Source: Stylophora pistillata (Eukaryota). Taken from it: DNA of 64,000 bases. The notes under the pieces are model-generated. The model was not told the DNA's origin, searched no databases, and saw only the letters and a program-made list of their open reading frames with translations. Of this stretch, positions 22,201-34,351 are shown piece by piece. Numbering within the stretch: position 1 is the first letter of the stretch; every line of letters starts with the position of its first letter. The stretch spans positions 537,898-601,897 of the forward strand of contig NW_019217851.1 of the NCBI RefSeq assembly GCF_002571385.2. The letters run 5' to 3'. Both the position numbers and the translations under genes were made by a program.

Positions 22201-25200
22201 ATGTTACAACAATTAAAAAATGGTAAACACCATGTAGCATACACTATTGAGTTATGGATGCACATGGGAGGTTGCTAAGCACAAAGAAGTGTAAGAGTCG
22301 CATGAGGCGATGATCAAGAGTGACTCTAGCCTCTTGAGTGCTTAGCAAACCTCCCAAGTGCATCCATAACTCAATAGTGTACACTTTGGCATTTACCATT
22401 TGTTTTATAACATAACATTGATACATTGTAGCAAAAGAGCTTTCTTTTATTTAACAAATCTTATGTTACCAGGAAAAACAAGCACATACAGAATACTAGT
22501 CTTTACATTTGTTCACGTCAGCAGTATACACCCATGGGCAAATGGTGGACCCTGGATTGACCAATAAGAGTGCGTGCTTTACTTTAGTTCTATTACAATT
22601 TCAGTTTGTTTACTAACCAAACTGGCTGGTGGAAATTAGAAAACCACTTGCCAAAACTGAATTTCTTCTAGTCTGTGGCTAGTTGGCTACTACTAGTGTC
22701 AAGCCTTGATGTGGTATATAATGAAATGGTGACAAAAAATCTCAGTAAGCACACCAAGTACTGGTAGGTAAGGCAGGTGAGTAACAACTACAAATGGTTT
22801 AGTAAAATGCAAAGAAAAATTCTGTTAAAATGCTTAAATACTATCGCCCACTATTTATCATCATTGGAAACTTGAAAAAATCTGACAACATGTACAGAAA
22901 ATAAAATCCAGCACTACGATCAGAAAAAGATTTCCTTATGATTATGTATTTCCAAAGAAAGATAAAAAATGCTGTGAGGCATAGTGACCAATGCAGACAA
23001 AAAGGCTATTAACAGTGAGAATCATTAGTTTTTACCATCTCTATAAGTGCAACAGCTATGGTGGTACTAATTGCAAGAAATATTATTTAGTAAATAAACC
23101 CCTCTAGGCAACTGGTACATCAGCTGATGATGTCTGTGGCTGAGATATTGTTAAAAAAATGAATTTTCAGCCGAGAAGCAAAGTTTCAAGGGCAATTGTG
23201 AAATTTTGAGGACATTTTCTCAACCACAAACATTATTAACATGCAGACATACCAGCACACCAAAGGAGGGGTTATTTACTTTACAACCATCCCATTCATT
23301 TTCATTATGTGCATTGACAGCAAGTTTTGTTGACTCTTTTGCACTTTCCAGAGCAGCATTTGAGATCAGCTCTTTTGTCATATCACTGCATTCTACAAAA
23401 CAAGCTTGTTTTTCATCCTGGTATTAAATTAATAGAGTTGAAAAAGGGAAACACTTGCATTGGGTTTTTTCTACTGGCTTTGTTTCTTTCATACTAAAAT
23501 ATGCAGAGGACATATATTGATGTAGACAGGGGTTATTATCTGATAATTGCCAAGTGATTTTGCACCATGTGAAGTAAAAAAGCTAATTGAATCATGCAAA
23601 AATTAATGAGTGAGTTGTAATAATAAATGAAAATTGTTCAAGCATATTCAAGCCCAAAAATATCAAAAGAACTGTTACGACTGTAGTCACAGTGCCTCAC
23701 CTTCATTTACAAATTCATGCCTTTTGTACATTGTTTTCCGTTTTCAGTTGTTCCATGTATATTTGTTATTTCATTAGGTTCGCCAGTCATTGGTTTAGTC
23801 ACATTTCATATTTTCATGTTCATCTTTTATGCATTGTTTCTATTGTTTGGTATAGCTTCTTCTGCCGTAGTTTTCTTGTCAGCATTGTCATTATGTTTTA
23901 GTCGTCGTAGTCGCCACATAATCTTGTACGTTTCGTTATTTTGTCCGTCATTTTGCCTGTTTTATTTGTACTTTGTTTTGCTTTCCTGTTCTGTATATTT
24001 AACTCATTTACGTACATTTGCCTTTAGCGAATCACTAGTAAAAGTGCGAATATCTTGGTTTGTGGATTTCGACTACAACGACAATTGTGTAAAACTATGG
24101 AATGCAATTGAATAAAACATATTAAACTACTCTTAAGTGTTAATACTCACAAAGTCCTGATTATAACATAAACCAGTAAACTTTTTGCGGAAATCCATGA
24201 GCTGCAAAAGTTTACAACAGTTATATTGACCATGAATAAAATATTATCCTCATAATTATGTTTGACAATATCACACATCTAAATGTCCCGTGAACTGCAT
24301 AGCAGTTATTTACTATAACACAATTACTATAACACAATTTTTGATAAATAGAGACAAGATATCGTAGACTTAGAGACCAAAATCCCTAATAAAAAAATGC
24401 AACCTGCCCAGATTAAAGATGTGCAAGGTAAAAATGTTACTATGATCCCAAAAGAATGATTGTCAGTAGTTTTCCATCATGGTGAATGCTGTGATAACAA
24501 AGTATTCATCATATCTATAAGATGGTTCATTAAAAGGTGGATTGCAACCTATTCAGACCATTTGACAATCACAGGTCTAGAATACAACGAAACAAGAAAT
24601 GTATTGCACTGACTGCAGAAGTTATTACTATAGAAATATGACTTAACAAAGAGAACAGAGCTAACCTGATTTTCTGCAACATCCACCATTACTTTCTCTT
24701 CTTCACATGTGCCACCTTACAAATTACAAAGAGTCTCCTTGCTTACAAGCTTACCAAAGTTGAAATTTTTTTTTGAAGTAGACATGGGACCAATTATCTC
24801 TTACCCCTATTCTTCATTCTGTGGAATCTCTTTTAAGCAGTCAATCTGTACTACAAGCAGTCCCTCTGCCATTCCCCAAGGGTGACCACCCCTCTGCCAT
24901 TCCCCAAGGGTGACCACCCCTCTGCCATTCCCCAAGGGTGACCACCCCTCTGCCATTCCCCAAGGGTGACCACCACTCTGCCATTCCCCAAGGGTGACCA
25001 CCCCTCTGCCATTCCCCAAGGGTGACCACTTGATAGAGGTTCCACTAATTAGCTTATATTTTTTAAAATGCTAATCAGAACCCAGGGACCTTTTCATGCA
25101 TTTTTGTAAAAACCAGTCCAAAGTAACTGAAATTATTTTAAAGAACCAAAGAGTATTCATAGCAGAAAACAAGAAAACTGCTGAGAGTGCAAAAAAAGCA

Positions 25201-27338
25201 AGAGACCGGGGTGCAGTTGGCTTTCATTTTGAATCTTTTTGGTTGTGAGGGTTAGGTGAGTTTTGTAAACCAGACTTAAAGCTTGCTAAAGCAAAACCAA
25301 AGCATTCAGGGTTTACTTCCAACACTCAACTGAAAATATCTTTAAAAGGAGGTTAGAGCAGAATTAGCTAGGTCATAACTGATCTATAAGTCTGCATAAT
25401 TTAATCTAGTTACTAACCATTTCCAGTTAAGCAAGAGTTATTAAGTTCTGACCATAGCATCAACTTAAATTTTCTATTTGCTTAAGATGTACTTTCTATT
25501 TGCTGACCTTCTTGTCAGAATTATTATTCAAATAATAGAAATGCACACTTACACAAATCATGTTTCCTTGCTATGTGACGAAGTATCTGCAAATTGTATT
25601 TATTAGATAATTTAGGAAGTATTAAGCACTTCAAATTAATGGTTATTAAATATGCTACAAATTGTAATTTTTTTTAACTTACTGCATTACTCTGACTAAT
25701 CTTTGTGTCCCCATCAATGTAATAAGGAAGCTGTTGTCAATAAAGGCCATACAAAACCTGTTAATACACCACTAATTGTAATTAAATGAAGGAAGCTTAA
25801 ATAAGCACCCAGGGGAGAGCAGAAAGCAAATGCAATTGCTTCTTACAAGCTTATATCTAAAATATGAAACTTATATGGCTTAATGCTCATAAGTTTTTGG
25901 TAGCTTAATGAGAAAGCACTGGATCCTGACATCTGAAGGTCTGATGTTTGATTCCATATAGGAGACTCAGACTTTTCTCTCTGCCTCAGCTTGGTTAAAA
26001 GTGTAAAACATGCTATACCTCTGTTATGGATTAAATATAAACATCCAACAGCTATTCCAAGTTATCCTGATCTCATAAACTGTATCATTGGTTCCCTCTT
26101 GCATAATTCACATTTTGGATGTAATTAAAATGAAAGACAGGCTTCTTTGGGACGAGATAACCTCTGACAGCGCAAATCCAATTACATGAACTTTTACCAG
26201 TTCAGAGAGCTAGGAGCCTCAGGAAAAGAGGACATAATTACATCCTGCCTCTAGTTAGAACCAAACATTTTAAACATTGCTTTTTAATAGATGTCTTTTC
26301 AAATTTGTGTAGCCACTTAGTCTTGTTTATACATAATGAATTGATATATGTAGGAAATTGTAAGTCCAGATGTTTTGTCTCTGGAGGTGTTTCTTTTATT
26401 TTTCCAAGTCAATAAAGATCTTATCTATCTATCTATTATTATTATGGAGTTTATTATTGAGAAAAATTGACAAAATACAAAATATGATGTACCACTGCTC
26501 GCAGTTAGCTACAGCTAAAAAAAAATACATTTTAAAATACATTTTAAAAATACCAAGACAATTGATTTGCAAAATGATAAATTTTCCAAGAAAGCATTAA
26601 GACAATGAACCAAGTGGACAGTATTAGAAGACCCAGCCTAAGTTTGGAAACCTATGAAAGATCCTATTTTAAGGATCTGAACTCACATTAGGAAATGGCA
26701 GTCCCAGGGTATACTTGACAGAGGTCCAAGCCTTGGCGTTGTACTCGGGGGCTGAAAGTGAAACAGGAAAGGGACAGCGCCAGATTGACGCGCTTGATTG
26801 AAAGAAATACCAGGGATCGATCTATGGATTCCGAATTAAAGGACGTTGCACATTGATTCATTTGTGCTTCAATAATTCTTTGCCTTTTGTTGTCGTTTGC
26901 ATGGTCCTTGATCTATATACGCATATATTTCAAGGGGATGACAACAAGTTCAAAAATAACAAGAAGTGCCTGGTTTTCTAAGGAATGTTAAAACTTTAAA
27001 AAAAATAGAGCAAGGGTGGAACGTATCCATTTTCAGGGCTTAATTTGTGGATTCAACAGGTCTAGCTTCAGTCAAAGCAACCTGCGGGTTTACAGCAGTG
27101 ATCGTGCACAATTCAAGACACCTTACCATCACCAAGTTCATACCGCTCATCCTTAAATTCGGTTTCAGTGTAGTTTAGAAGAAGACGGATAGGCTCTGCA
27201 AGCTGTTCAATGCAAAAAAAAATATTAAAAAAAATTGTACACGTGGAGTGACCCAATCTTTGCTAGAAGCTAATCGAATGCACGTTATCTTGTGAAGCGT
27301 ACCCCTCGAATGTCCCAGTAACCAAGAATAGGTGCCAT
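19243..27338 (-). CDS. GSTM: Glutathione S-transferase, mu class, 216 aa, 11 coding exons
   Basis: Exons 27338-27303, 27202-27127, 26751-26687, 25730-25683, 25586-25553, 24715-24666, 24201-24151, 22088-21993, 21209-21120, 20071-20051, 19326-19243 (651 nt). Protein: MAPILGYWDIRGLAEPIRLLL...GDAPEY (mu loop)...[28 protein letters not shown]...ITFVDF. Confidence 0.96.
19410..19765 (+). mobile_element. tRNA-derived SINE with Nin/Deu-like central domain (copy 1 of 3)
   Basis: B-box GGTTCGAGCCCC and core GTCTTCTCGGATAGGGAC...AAATGGAGGT, shared with 50211-50614 and 53066-53443. Confidence 0.8.
20813..21024. repeat. ~51-bp minisatellite x4 in a GST intron
   Basis: TCTTCTCAATGAAGCAC recurs at 50-52 bp spacing. 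Confidence 0.85.
22219..22400. mobile_element. Palindromic non-autonomous element (MITE-like)
   Basis: CTATTGAGTTATGGATGCAC...GCTAAGCAC is mirrored by GTGCTTAGC...GTGCATCCATAACTCAATAG. Confidence 0.7.
24862..25029. repeat. 28-bp minisatellite x6, nearly perfect
   Basis: Unit CCCTCTGCCATTCCCCAAGGGTGACCAC with one variant copy and no spacers. Confidence 0.95.
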
Positions 27339-29429
27339 TTCAGCTCTTTCGACAGTTCCCTTTTAGTACGCGTTTTAACTGATTTTTGTACCCCTTGTTA
27401 GCCTGAGGGTGTTCGTACCTTCCCTTCCTGAGCACCGATGTCTACACAAGTTGCAGAGGCCAACGGTCATGTATGCGTCATGAAATATATACTAATCATT
27501 GACCAAGACGAAGAACTTTTAGGACAGTTGGAATCAAACCAAACTTTAAATGATTTTGCAAAAAATCATCCTCTTCCCCTAATGCGGTGTTGAAAAGAAT
27601 CTTGGGCAAGAGTACCATATAACCCCATACATAATTATGCATTCAGTCTTTGTTCAATGAAAACAATAGCGATAACAACAGAACTCCGCAGAGACCAGTA
27701 GTCTTTGTTTTCAAAATTTGGATTTTTTTTTTTGTACGAGCGTTTGGTTGATGATGATGTAGTTGTCCCAGAACTTTTGTTTAAACATTTTAAGTTATAG
27801 AAAAGGTACCGGAGGCATCATAATCTGAGAGACTTAATGTCAAGGCCTCCTGCTGCAAATTAGCGGCCTCCGCTCTGTTAATTATGCCGAGAAGAAACGA
27901 CCTATAACAGGCTTCTGCAAGGTTTTGAGCCTTAAATTTGATCAAACCATGCTTTTGAATCTTAGCTTAGTGAAGGCTTTGGGCTGAGAACGATTCTTCA
28001 AAGTAAAAACATCACGGAAGTACGAAATAATCAGCTATTTGGAATGTTGAAATGTACGTCATTTATAAGAATTAATAATCTAAACTTTTTTCCACAAAAG
28101 AAATTATCACAAGGTTTAAAATAGGTCCGCAATGCGTACATGTGTGGCTTAAGAAATTGTGCCACTTTTTTAGTGTCTGGTGTCTTATTGAGTTTCTATA
28201 AGAAGAGCTAATATCTGATTACAGTCAGATAGTTTTCAATATTGTTCCTGTTAGTCCTGAAATGTTCACTTTCAAGGTGAGGACTAATAGCCAAACTTTG
28301 TCATGGAGATCTCAGTTTGACAATAAAGGTTGCATGCATCAGCATCATCTCCCATAGTGGTCTGATAGATTCAGTCATGATTTTGTTTACTTAAAAGCAG
28401 AATTGAGCTCTGAAATCTGTAGATTTATTGTCTTTTCTAAGGCAAGTGATGTGAAATTAACTCTAAGGAAGCATTTCATATGAATATTTTTGGCATTTTG
28501 TGTACCAGTACGTGAGGACAAAACTTTGCAGAAGGGCTGGGACATTTGGGAAATGATGTAATCTACACTAGAAGCCATTGGGAGCTTGATTTGGTTTGAA
28601 TGTGCGACTAATTTTCAACAATACAAACATGCAAAGTAACACAATGCTGAGCGTAGGTTTCTATCGTCCATTAGGGCACAAATTCCCATTTTCAGTTGGT
28701 TGAGAGCAAAAAGTTTACTATAATTATTGTATTTGGGTTTTGTGGGACTGTACTTTCAATAAAGAACACAGAAAAATTAAGTTGAGGTAGGTAGATATGG
28801 GGTTGCAAATGGAAGAATTTAGGGAAAAAAGATAGGTGCATAACAAGATCAGAACACAAGCAATATTTTAATGAATCATACGTTGAGTAGTACTCTGAAG
28901 TAACATTACATTAACATTGCTTATAATTTTTAACAAAACAAGATTTACAATTTGACCTGGAGGTTTTATTTAACAGACAGCTCAATACAGATCGAGTGTC
29001 ACCATAATAGATTTCAGGAACAGTAATCGCAGACATAACTTAGCCACAACAGAGTTCAATGTAAAGGCAAGTGCATGATGATTTCAGATGATTTAAAGTA
29101 CCAGAATCTTTCAGGTTTTCTCATTAATGAAATTGTAATTTCATGCCAGTGTGTTTCCCAAATTCAAGCTATGCGGAGACATGAAATGAATAGGTGAACT
29201 TGACATCATCAGGTAAATGGTCAACTTGACATGCTATCAAAACTTGGCTTTCAGCTGAAATCTAACTCAAGAATGATATTTTGTTAGTGTTTATCAATAT
29301 ACATAAAAATATCCAAGTTCTTATTTATTTTGGTCAGCTACTGTGTGTATCAATCAGCACAACCTACTTCGTGTAAATCTGAGCCTTATTTACATTTGTA
29401 CTTGAGTTATTACTTTCGCATAAGTGATA

Positions 29430-30081
29430 CTGTAATTTCCGGCGGCTTACCCATGGGTAATCTGTTGATTTTGTCTTAAACATGCACCACTGCGGGTAAT
29501 AGGGAGGTGCGGGTTATGTGACAAATTTGAAATCTACTGGCAGCTGAATTGAAGGAAATTCTCACCTACCTGCGTTTCCACCTCTCAGATGAATTTTATT
29601 GTATTAAGAGTGCCACAAAGCAGCACTAAAACATGGTGCTGACTCGTGTTTATTTCATGCACAATTAGTTGCGCAACAAACAAATTACTATCAGCACGTG
29701 TGTAAACAAAACCTTGATTGTGACAAAAATAAACTGAGGATAACCGGCGCATCAGTAACAAATTTCCAGTTAACACTAGCTTCAGCTGAAGAGAATTTTC
29801 CCGTTTTAAGGGACTTGTTAGGCCCAGTAGAACCAGAGATATCGATTTTTTGAGAAATCAACATGGTGCCGAACAATTGTTCGCACAAAATGTGGCCACG
29901 AATTCGCATTCTGTCAAGTATGCAACGTTGTGAATTCTAGAGCACATTTGTACAAACTTCCTTTGTTTTTAAGGTGCGGGTTATCCACCAGTGCGTAATC
30001 TGTTGACTTTTTTTTTCGCTGCATGCAATAATCGGCCAGTGCAGGTAATCGGCCGTGCGGGTAAACAGCCGGAAATTACGG
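29430..30081. mobile_element. Tc1/mariner-pogo-type MITE with TA TSD
   Basis: TA|CTGTAATTTCCGGC...GCCGGAAATTACGG|TA. Confidence 0.8.
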
Positions 30082-30148
30082 TACATGAATAAGGCACTTG
30101 TAATCAAGAGTGTAATTTTTCATGTATACCAGTATTGTGATGAATTAA

Positions 30149-30371
30149 GGAGCCGACCATTTAACTTTTGAGGGGGGGTGGGTGATTTCTGGTCATCAAG
30201 AAATTTTTTTCTAGCAATCTGCTGTGCAGGATATTTTTTTCCGTTCTAAATGCTCTTTTTTTCTGTTACATTTGGGGCGTATGCAATTTTTTTCTTCCAA
30301 CAAGCGCTTGTAGGAAATTTTTTTCAAAATCACCCACCCCCGCCCCCCTCAAGAGTTAAATGGTCGGCCCC
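30149..30371. mobile_element. PIF/Harbinger (Tourist-like) MITE with TAA TSD
   Basis: TAA|GGAGCCGACCATTTAACT...AGTTAAATGGTCGGCCCC|TAA. Confidence 0.8.
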
Positions 30372-31037
30372 TAACCACAACCAAACAAGTACCAGATAAA
30401 GGCCTGATACATATGTATTGCTACTAAGTTTAAATATCACTGATTATCTGAATTATTATAAAGAGAATTTAGAAGACTGCCAAGCTTACAGGAAGTCATG
30501 AAATATTAAGGTCTGAATGATTCTAGGCATTACTTGGAAAACATAATACTGATCGCATTTTAGTAAAAGCAAAACCACTTTGTTACTGAGTTTCAATGTA
30601 TTACTTCCTCAAAGTTTGGAATCAATCATAAGAGACATTTAGCACCATGTTAATGACAAACCGCAGTTTCAGGTTAGTCGTTAGATATTTGTGAATTGGT
30701 TTAGCTCTGTAAACATGAGAGAATAATTTCGTTTGAAGTGGCTCTCGCACTGAATTACTGGCAGACAACAGCAGCCTTCGATTTTCAAATTGCAACAAAA
30801 ATCCTATTTTCACTCATTGGCTTAAAAAATTGTATTTAACAATTATTCGCCGAAGGCGAAATGAATATTCACCAATATTCACAAGCCTGAGGCAAATAAT
30901 TTTTTAGTATAATTACCCAGATGATTATAGAAATGAGCAAAGGAATGTTAAATTTTATTTGTCGTTGTCACGTGTCAGTGAACAACTGAGCGAGAGCCGC
31001 TTGCACGGACAACAGACGATCATGACTAAAATACCAC

Positions 31038-31205
31038 AAGAGTACATACGGGTAACATACGAGTAACATACGAGTAACATACAGAACATATGGATACATA
31101 CGAATACATACGACTAACGTACGAGTAACATATGAGTAACATACGACTAACATACGAGTAACATACGGGTACATACGAGTAAAAAAATACGAAAAAGTAC
31201 GAGCA
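31038..31205. repeat. 11-bp tandem repeat (GAGTAACATAC)n
   Basis: Direct periodicity; produces spurious ORFs on the - strand. Confidence 0.85.
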
Positions 31206-31804
31206 AAATTCATGCGAGTAAATTTTTATGCAAAGTAACACACCGGTGTTTTCGCTCGCATTGTCATTTCACTGTTCCGCTTGGAGACACGCGGTTAAAC
31301 AATACTAGCGTGCAAGGAGTTAAGATGTAACTTATTAACTTTTACTATTTTTATCATCCAATTACAGGTCGGAGCCATTCCTGTATTTAGTCGCTAGTGA
31401 CTAGCGCTATCTACTGCGAGGATCGTGCATCATACGTATCAAATACCGCAGTTCAAAATATATGATTTTCATATATTTATTCTATCTCAGTGACTAGTTC
31501 GCCGTACGACACTAGACCACGTGACAGGCGCTCGACTCTCGTCGACAAATAAATAAATAAATGAATCCGATCGTGCCATAATGTGGCCACACAATTTGTG
31601 TAAGCCAGACAAAAATCGAAACAGTAAGAAATAATTTATCGTGGCTTCGCTGAAAAACTGCGTCTTCGGAATGAATCTATGCATTCATGATCCACGCCTT
31701 AGGCATCAAAACATCCAAGGTTACATAGCTGCACACATGAATCTGAAAACATGTTTTACTTGCCGAGAGAGTCTCCTGTTGAACAACAGTCCAGAGAAAA
31801 TTTT

Positions 31805-32977
31805 CTACTTGAGCCGTGGTATAACAAAAGCTATGAATGATACACCAGCAGTGATTATTGTCATAAGAGCCTTCATTGTTAACTCTACAGTGATGCGAAT
31901 TCCAAGAATTTTAAGACCCATATCTGACTCGCACAATGCCATGTACTGGAATAACAGTATATCTTCAGTCGGCAGATCCGTTGTGTGGGGGCTTCTCTTG
32001 CATCGTTTTGAAGCCTCTACAACAATGCGATGTGATGCTGCTGCCACAAGCGCTGGGGGGTAGAGCTTGAAAATAATACTAAGTAAATCATAAAGTACAG
32101 TACCAAAGTATTGCCAGATCGGATAGTCGCTACCAAAGGCAGAATTAAAATACGCAAAACTAAAAACTATCAGATCCAATATATGGTATGCTACAGCCAT
32201 AGAAATGATGACGTTGAAATCTTTCTGGGTTTTCTCTAGTGATTGCTGTAACTCAAAGTGTCCTCGTAAAATAGAAATTGGCCGGCGTTCTCTCATCTTC
32301 ATTTGTTCTATGACAGTATCAATATGTAGACTGTGAACATGGCAAACAAATCCATAGATGCTGAGCCATGTTGCCCACCAGCCTGCGATGTAGACTACCG
32401 CGGGTATGTAAACTGCGTAGTGCCACCACTCAGAGAAGAACGGAAACCAGTGTACCATGAAAAACGTGGCACAGAGAACCCAGAGAATAACAGACATCAG
32501 AGTGTACCAGAGAGAAATACGGAATAACTTCTGCTTCCACTCATTGGAAATATTCTGTACTTTGTACACTAACTCTACAAAATGACCACGGTTGAAATAA
32601 TACAGAGTGAACACGAAAGGACACAGGAAATCAATGCAAGTACAAGCACTATTTACGACTTCCCTGACATGGATCGTATCAAAACCATAGTGAACAAAAT
32701 CCAAACACATAATCGCTGCAAGACATCCTAACCAGATGATATACACAACTCTCCGATAAACTTGCCATAAAAATTCAAATTTGCGGTTATTAGGTTTCCA
32801 CATGCCCAAGATCTGTAACATGTAGAAGCATGGTCTAATCATATTGGGTGAGCGAGGGTTTCGGTCGACCCCAGGTAAAAGATGGCTTCTATCCTCCTGT
32901 GAATTGTACGAAGACATCTCTTCTCTCATGAAATTTGAGTTAACACTTGTATTCCTACAAACCTCCGAGACTGCCAT
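31805..32977 (-). CDS. Intronless 7-TM gustatory-receptor-like (GRL / 7TMIC superfamily) membrane protein, 390 aa
   Basis: Long ORF with an N-terminal LQILGMW re-entrant-like segment, six hydrophobic helices, a long TM4-TM5 loop and a C-terminal GLKILGIRIT hairpin before the last helix. No class-A GPCR DRY or NPxxY motifs. Confidence 0.75.
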   Translation of the reverse strand: MAVSEVCRNTSVNSNFMREEMSSYNSQEDRSHLLPGVDRNPRSPNMIRPCFYMLQILGMWKPNNRKFEFLWQVYRRVVYIIWLGCLAAIMCLDFVHYGFDTIHVREVVNSACTCIDFLCPFVFTLYYFNRGHFVELVYKVQNISNEWKQKLFRISLWYTLMSVILWVLCATFFMVHWFPFFSEWWHYAVYIPAVVYIAGWWATWLSIYGFVCHVHSLHIDTVIEQMKMRERRPISILRGHFELQQSLEKTQKDFNVIISMAVAYHILDLIVFSFAYFNSAFGSDYPIWQYFGTVLYDLLSIIFKLYPPALVAAASHRIVVEASKRCKRSPHTTDLPTEDILLFQYMALCESDMGLKILGIRITVELTMKALMTIITAGVSFIAFVIPRLK

Positions 32978-33385
32978 CTTCTTTCACTTTCTTCATGGAG
33001 CTGATACAGGATGTGCTGCATCATTGTGATGATTCCGTCACGCAAGACTGGTTGACCCGGAAGGGGGATGGAGTGGGAGTAGAGGAGAGGGTAACCCGTG
33101 TTCAGGCAGCCACATCCAAGCCCCCGGTGGTACAGTTGATTCTGGCCCAATCTCAAAATTTATCACGCTCCTTCCCCGTTTTTTAAATTTACCAAGTTTC
33201 AATACAGATGGCTTGTTGCGGAGGTTAGTTCTTTCAAATGAATACCTTATTGGTCAGTTTTGATATGCTCCAACCTTATCTCTTTCATACGTTAAGAATA
33301 TATCTGGTGTGTATGCCCCATAATTCCCAATCTCATTTTCCTACATGGCTTTGTCCAGGGTTAATTTATTTTTCAGTCAAGACAG

Positions 33386-33487
33386 TTATTCGCTCCGACG
33401 AAGGGCTAACGCTCGAAACGTCAGCTTTTGTAATCGCTACGGTGGCCAATTTACCATTTCAACTTTGTTGATACACTCAAAATTATT
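33386..33487 (+). mobile_element. Short PLE 3'-end fragment containing a hammerhead motif (33392-33425)
   Basis: Near-identical to the reverse complement of 5366-5461. Confidence 0.85.
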
Positions 33488-33543
33488 ATTAGTGCAGTTG
33501 CATAGCGAAGTTGATTCGTTTAAGACCCTGTTGCATGTATCTA

Positions 33544-34351
33544 CAGGCGGCCCGAGCTCTCTTTGAGGACCACACAAGGAACATAATTTGCATATCGATT
33601 TATAAGGATTTGTATGGGATTTTCTACAAGATATCCATAGAGATAGTTAAAAGTGAAAATATTAAATAAAAATGGCTTACTGTTTCCTTACTCGGAACTG
33701 GTCAGCTCAGACGACCACCACAAACCGTATAATATTATCCAAACTTTAATGATTATTCGATCTAAGAGAACTACATTTGTAATCCGAAATCATAAAACGC
33801 AAATTTAGTCTTAATCTCATGGCAAAATTCAAGAAAACATGACTGGAAACTTACTTCTGTGGCGGGTCGTAAAAACAGGTTTCTCACTTCAAGTTAGCAG
33901 ATTCGGGTAAGCAAACAGATACAAAAATCGACTTTTCTCTCTTACTGATTCTTCTGAAAAACTGGTTTAAATCACGACAAGCTAACACTTTAAATCACTG
34001 TGAGAAATTAATGTCAATCACGAGTTGTGTTAATTAAAATATATCTGTCATCATAGGCAACGCCCATTTACCAAACGAAACATCCATAAGTGTGTTGTTT
34101 GCTCCTGGTGTCGTTATTTTACCGATTTCACTTGATTTAAGCGGGTTTTTTTAATCCTGGTTTTCTGTTTAGAGAATAACGACACCAGGAGCAAACAACA
34201 CACGTATAGAGTAAGGTAAGCCATTTTTATTGATATTTTCACTTTTAACTATCTCTATGGATATCTTGTAGAAAATCCCATACAAATCCTTATAAATCGG
34301 TATACAGATTGTGTTCCTTGTGTGGTTCTCAAAGAGAGCTTGGGCCGCCTG
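33544..34351. mobile_element. Non-autonomous DNA element with ~137-bp TIRs and an internal inverted repeat (34090-34203)
   Basis: CAGGCGGCCCGAGCTCTCTTTGAG...GGCTTAC is mirrored at 34216-34351. No clear TSD. Confidence 0.85.

Noticed and set aside
23673-24119. Possible solo LTR (TGT...ACA) and a 132-aa hydrophobic ORF
   Set aside because: No TSD and no second copy; the ORF reflects T-rich composition in a GST intron.
24862-25029. CRISPR-like array (also the 36-bp array at 10215)
   Set aside because: Units are contiguous with no unique spacers, there are no cas genes, and the context is eukaryotic intron.
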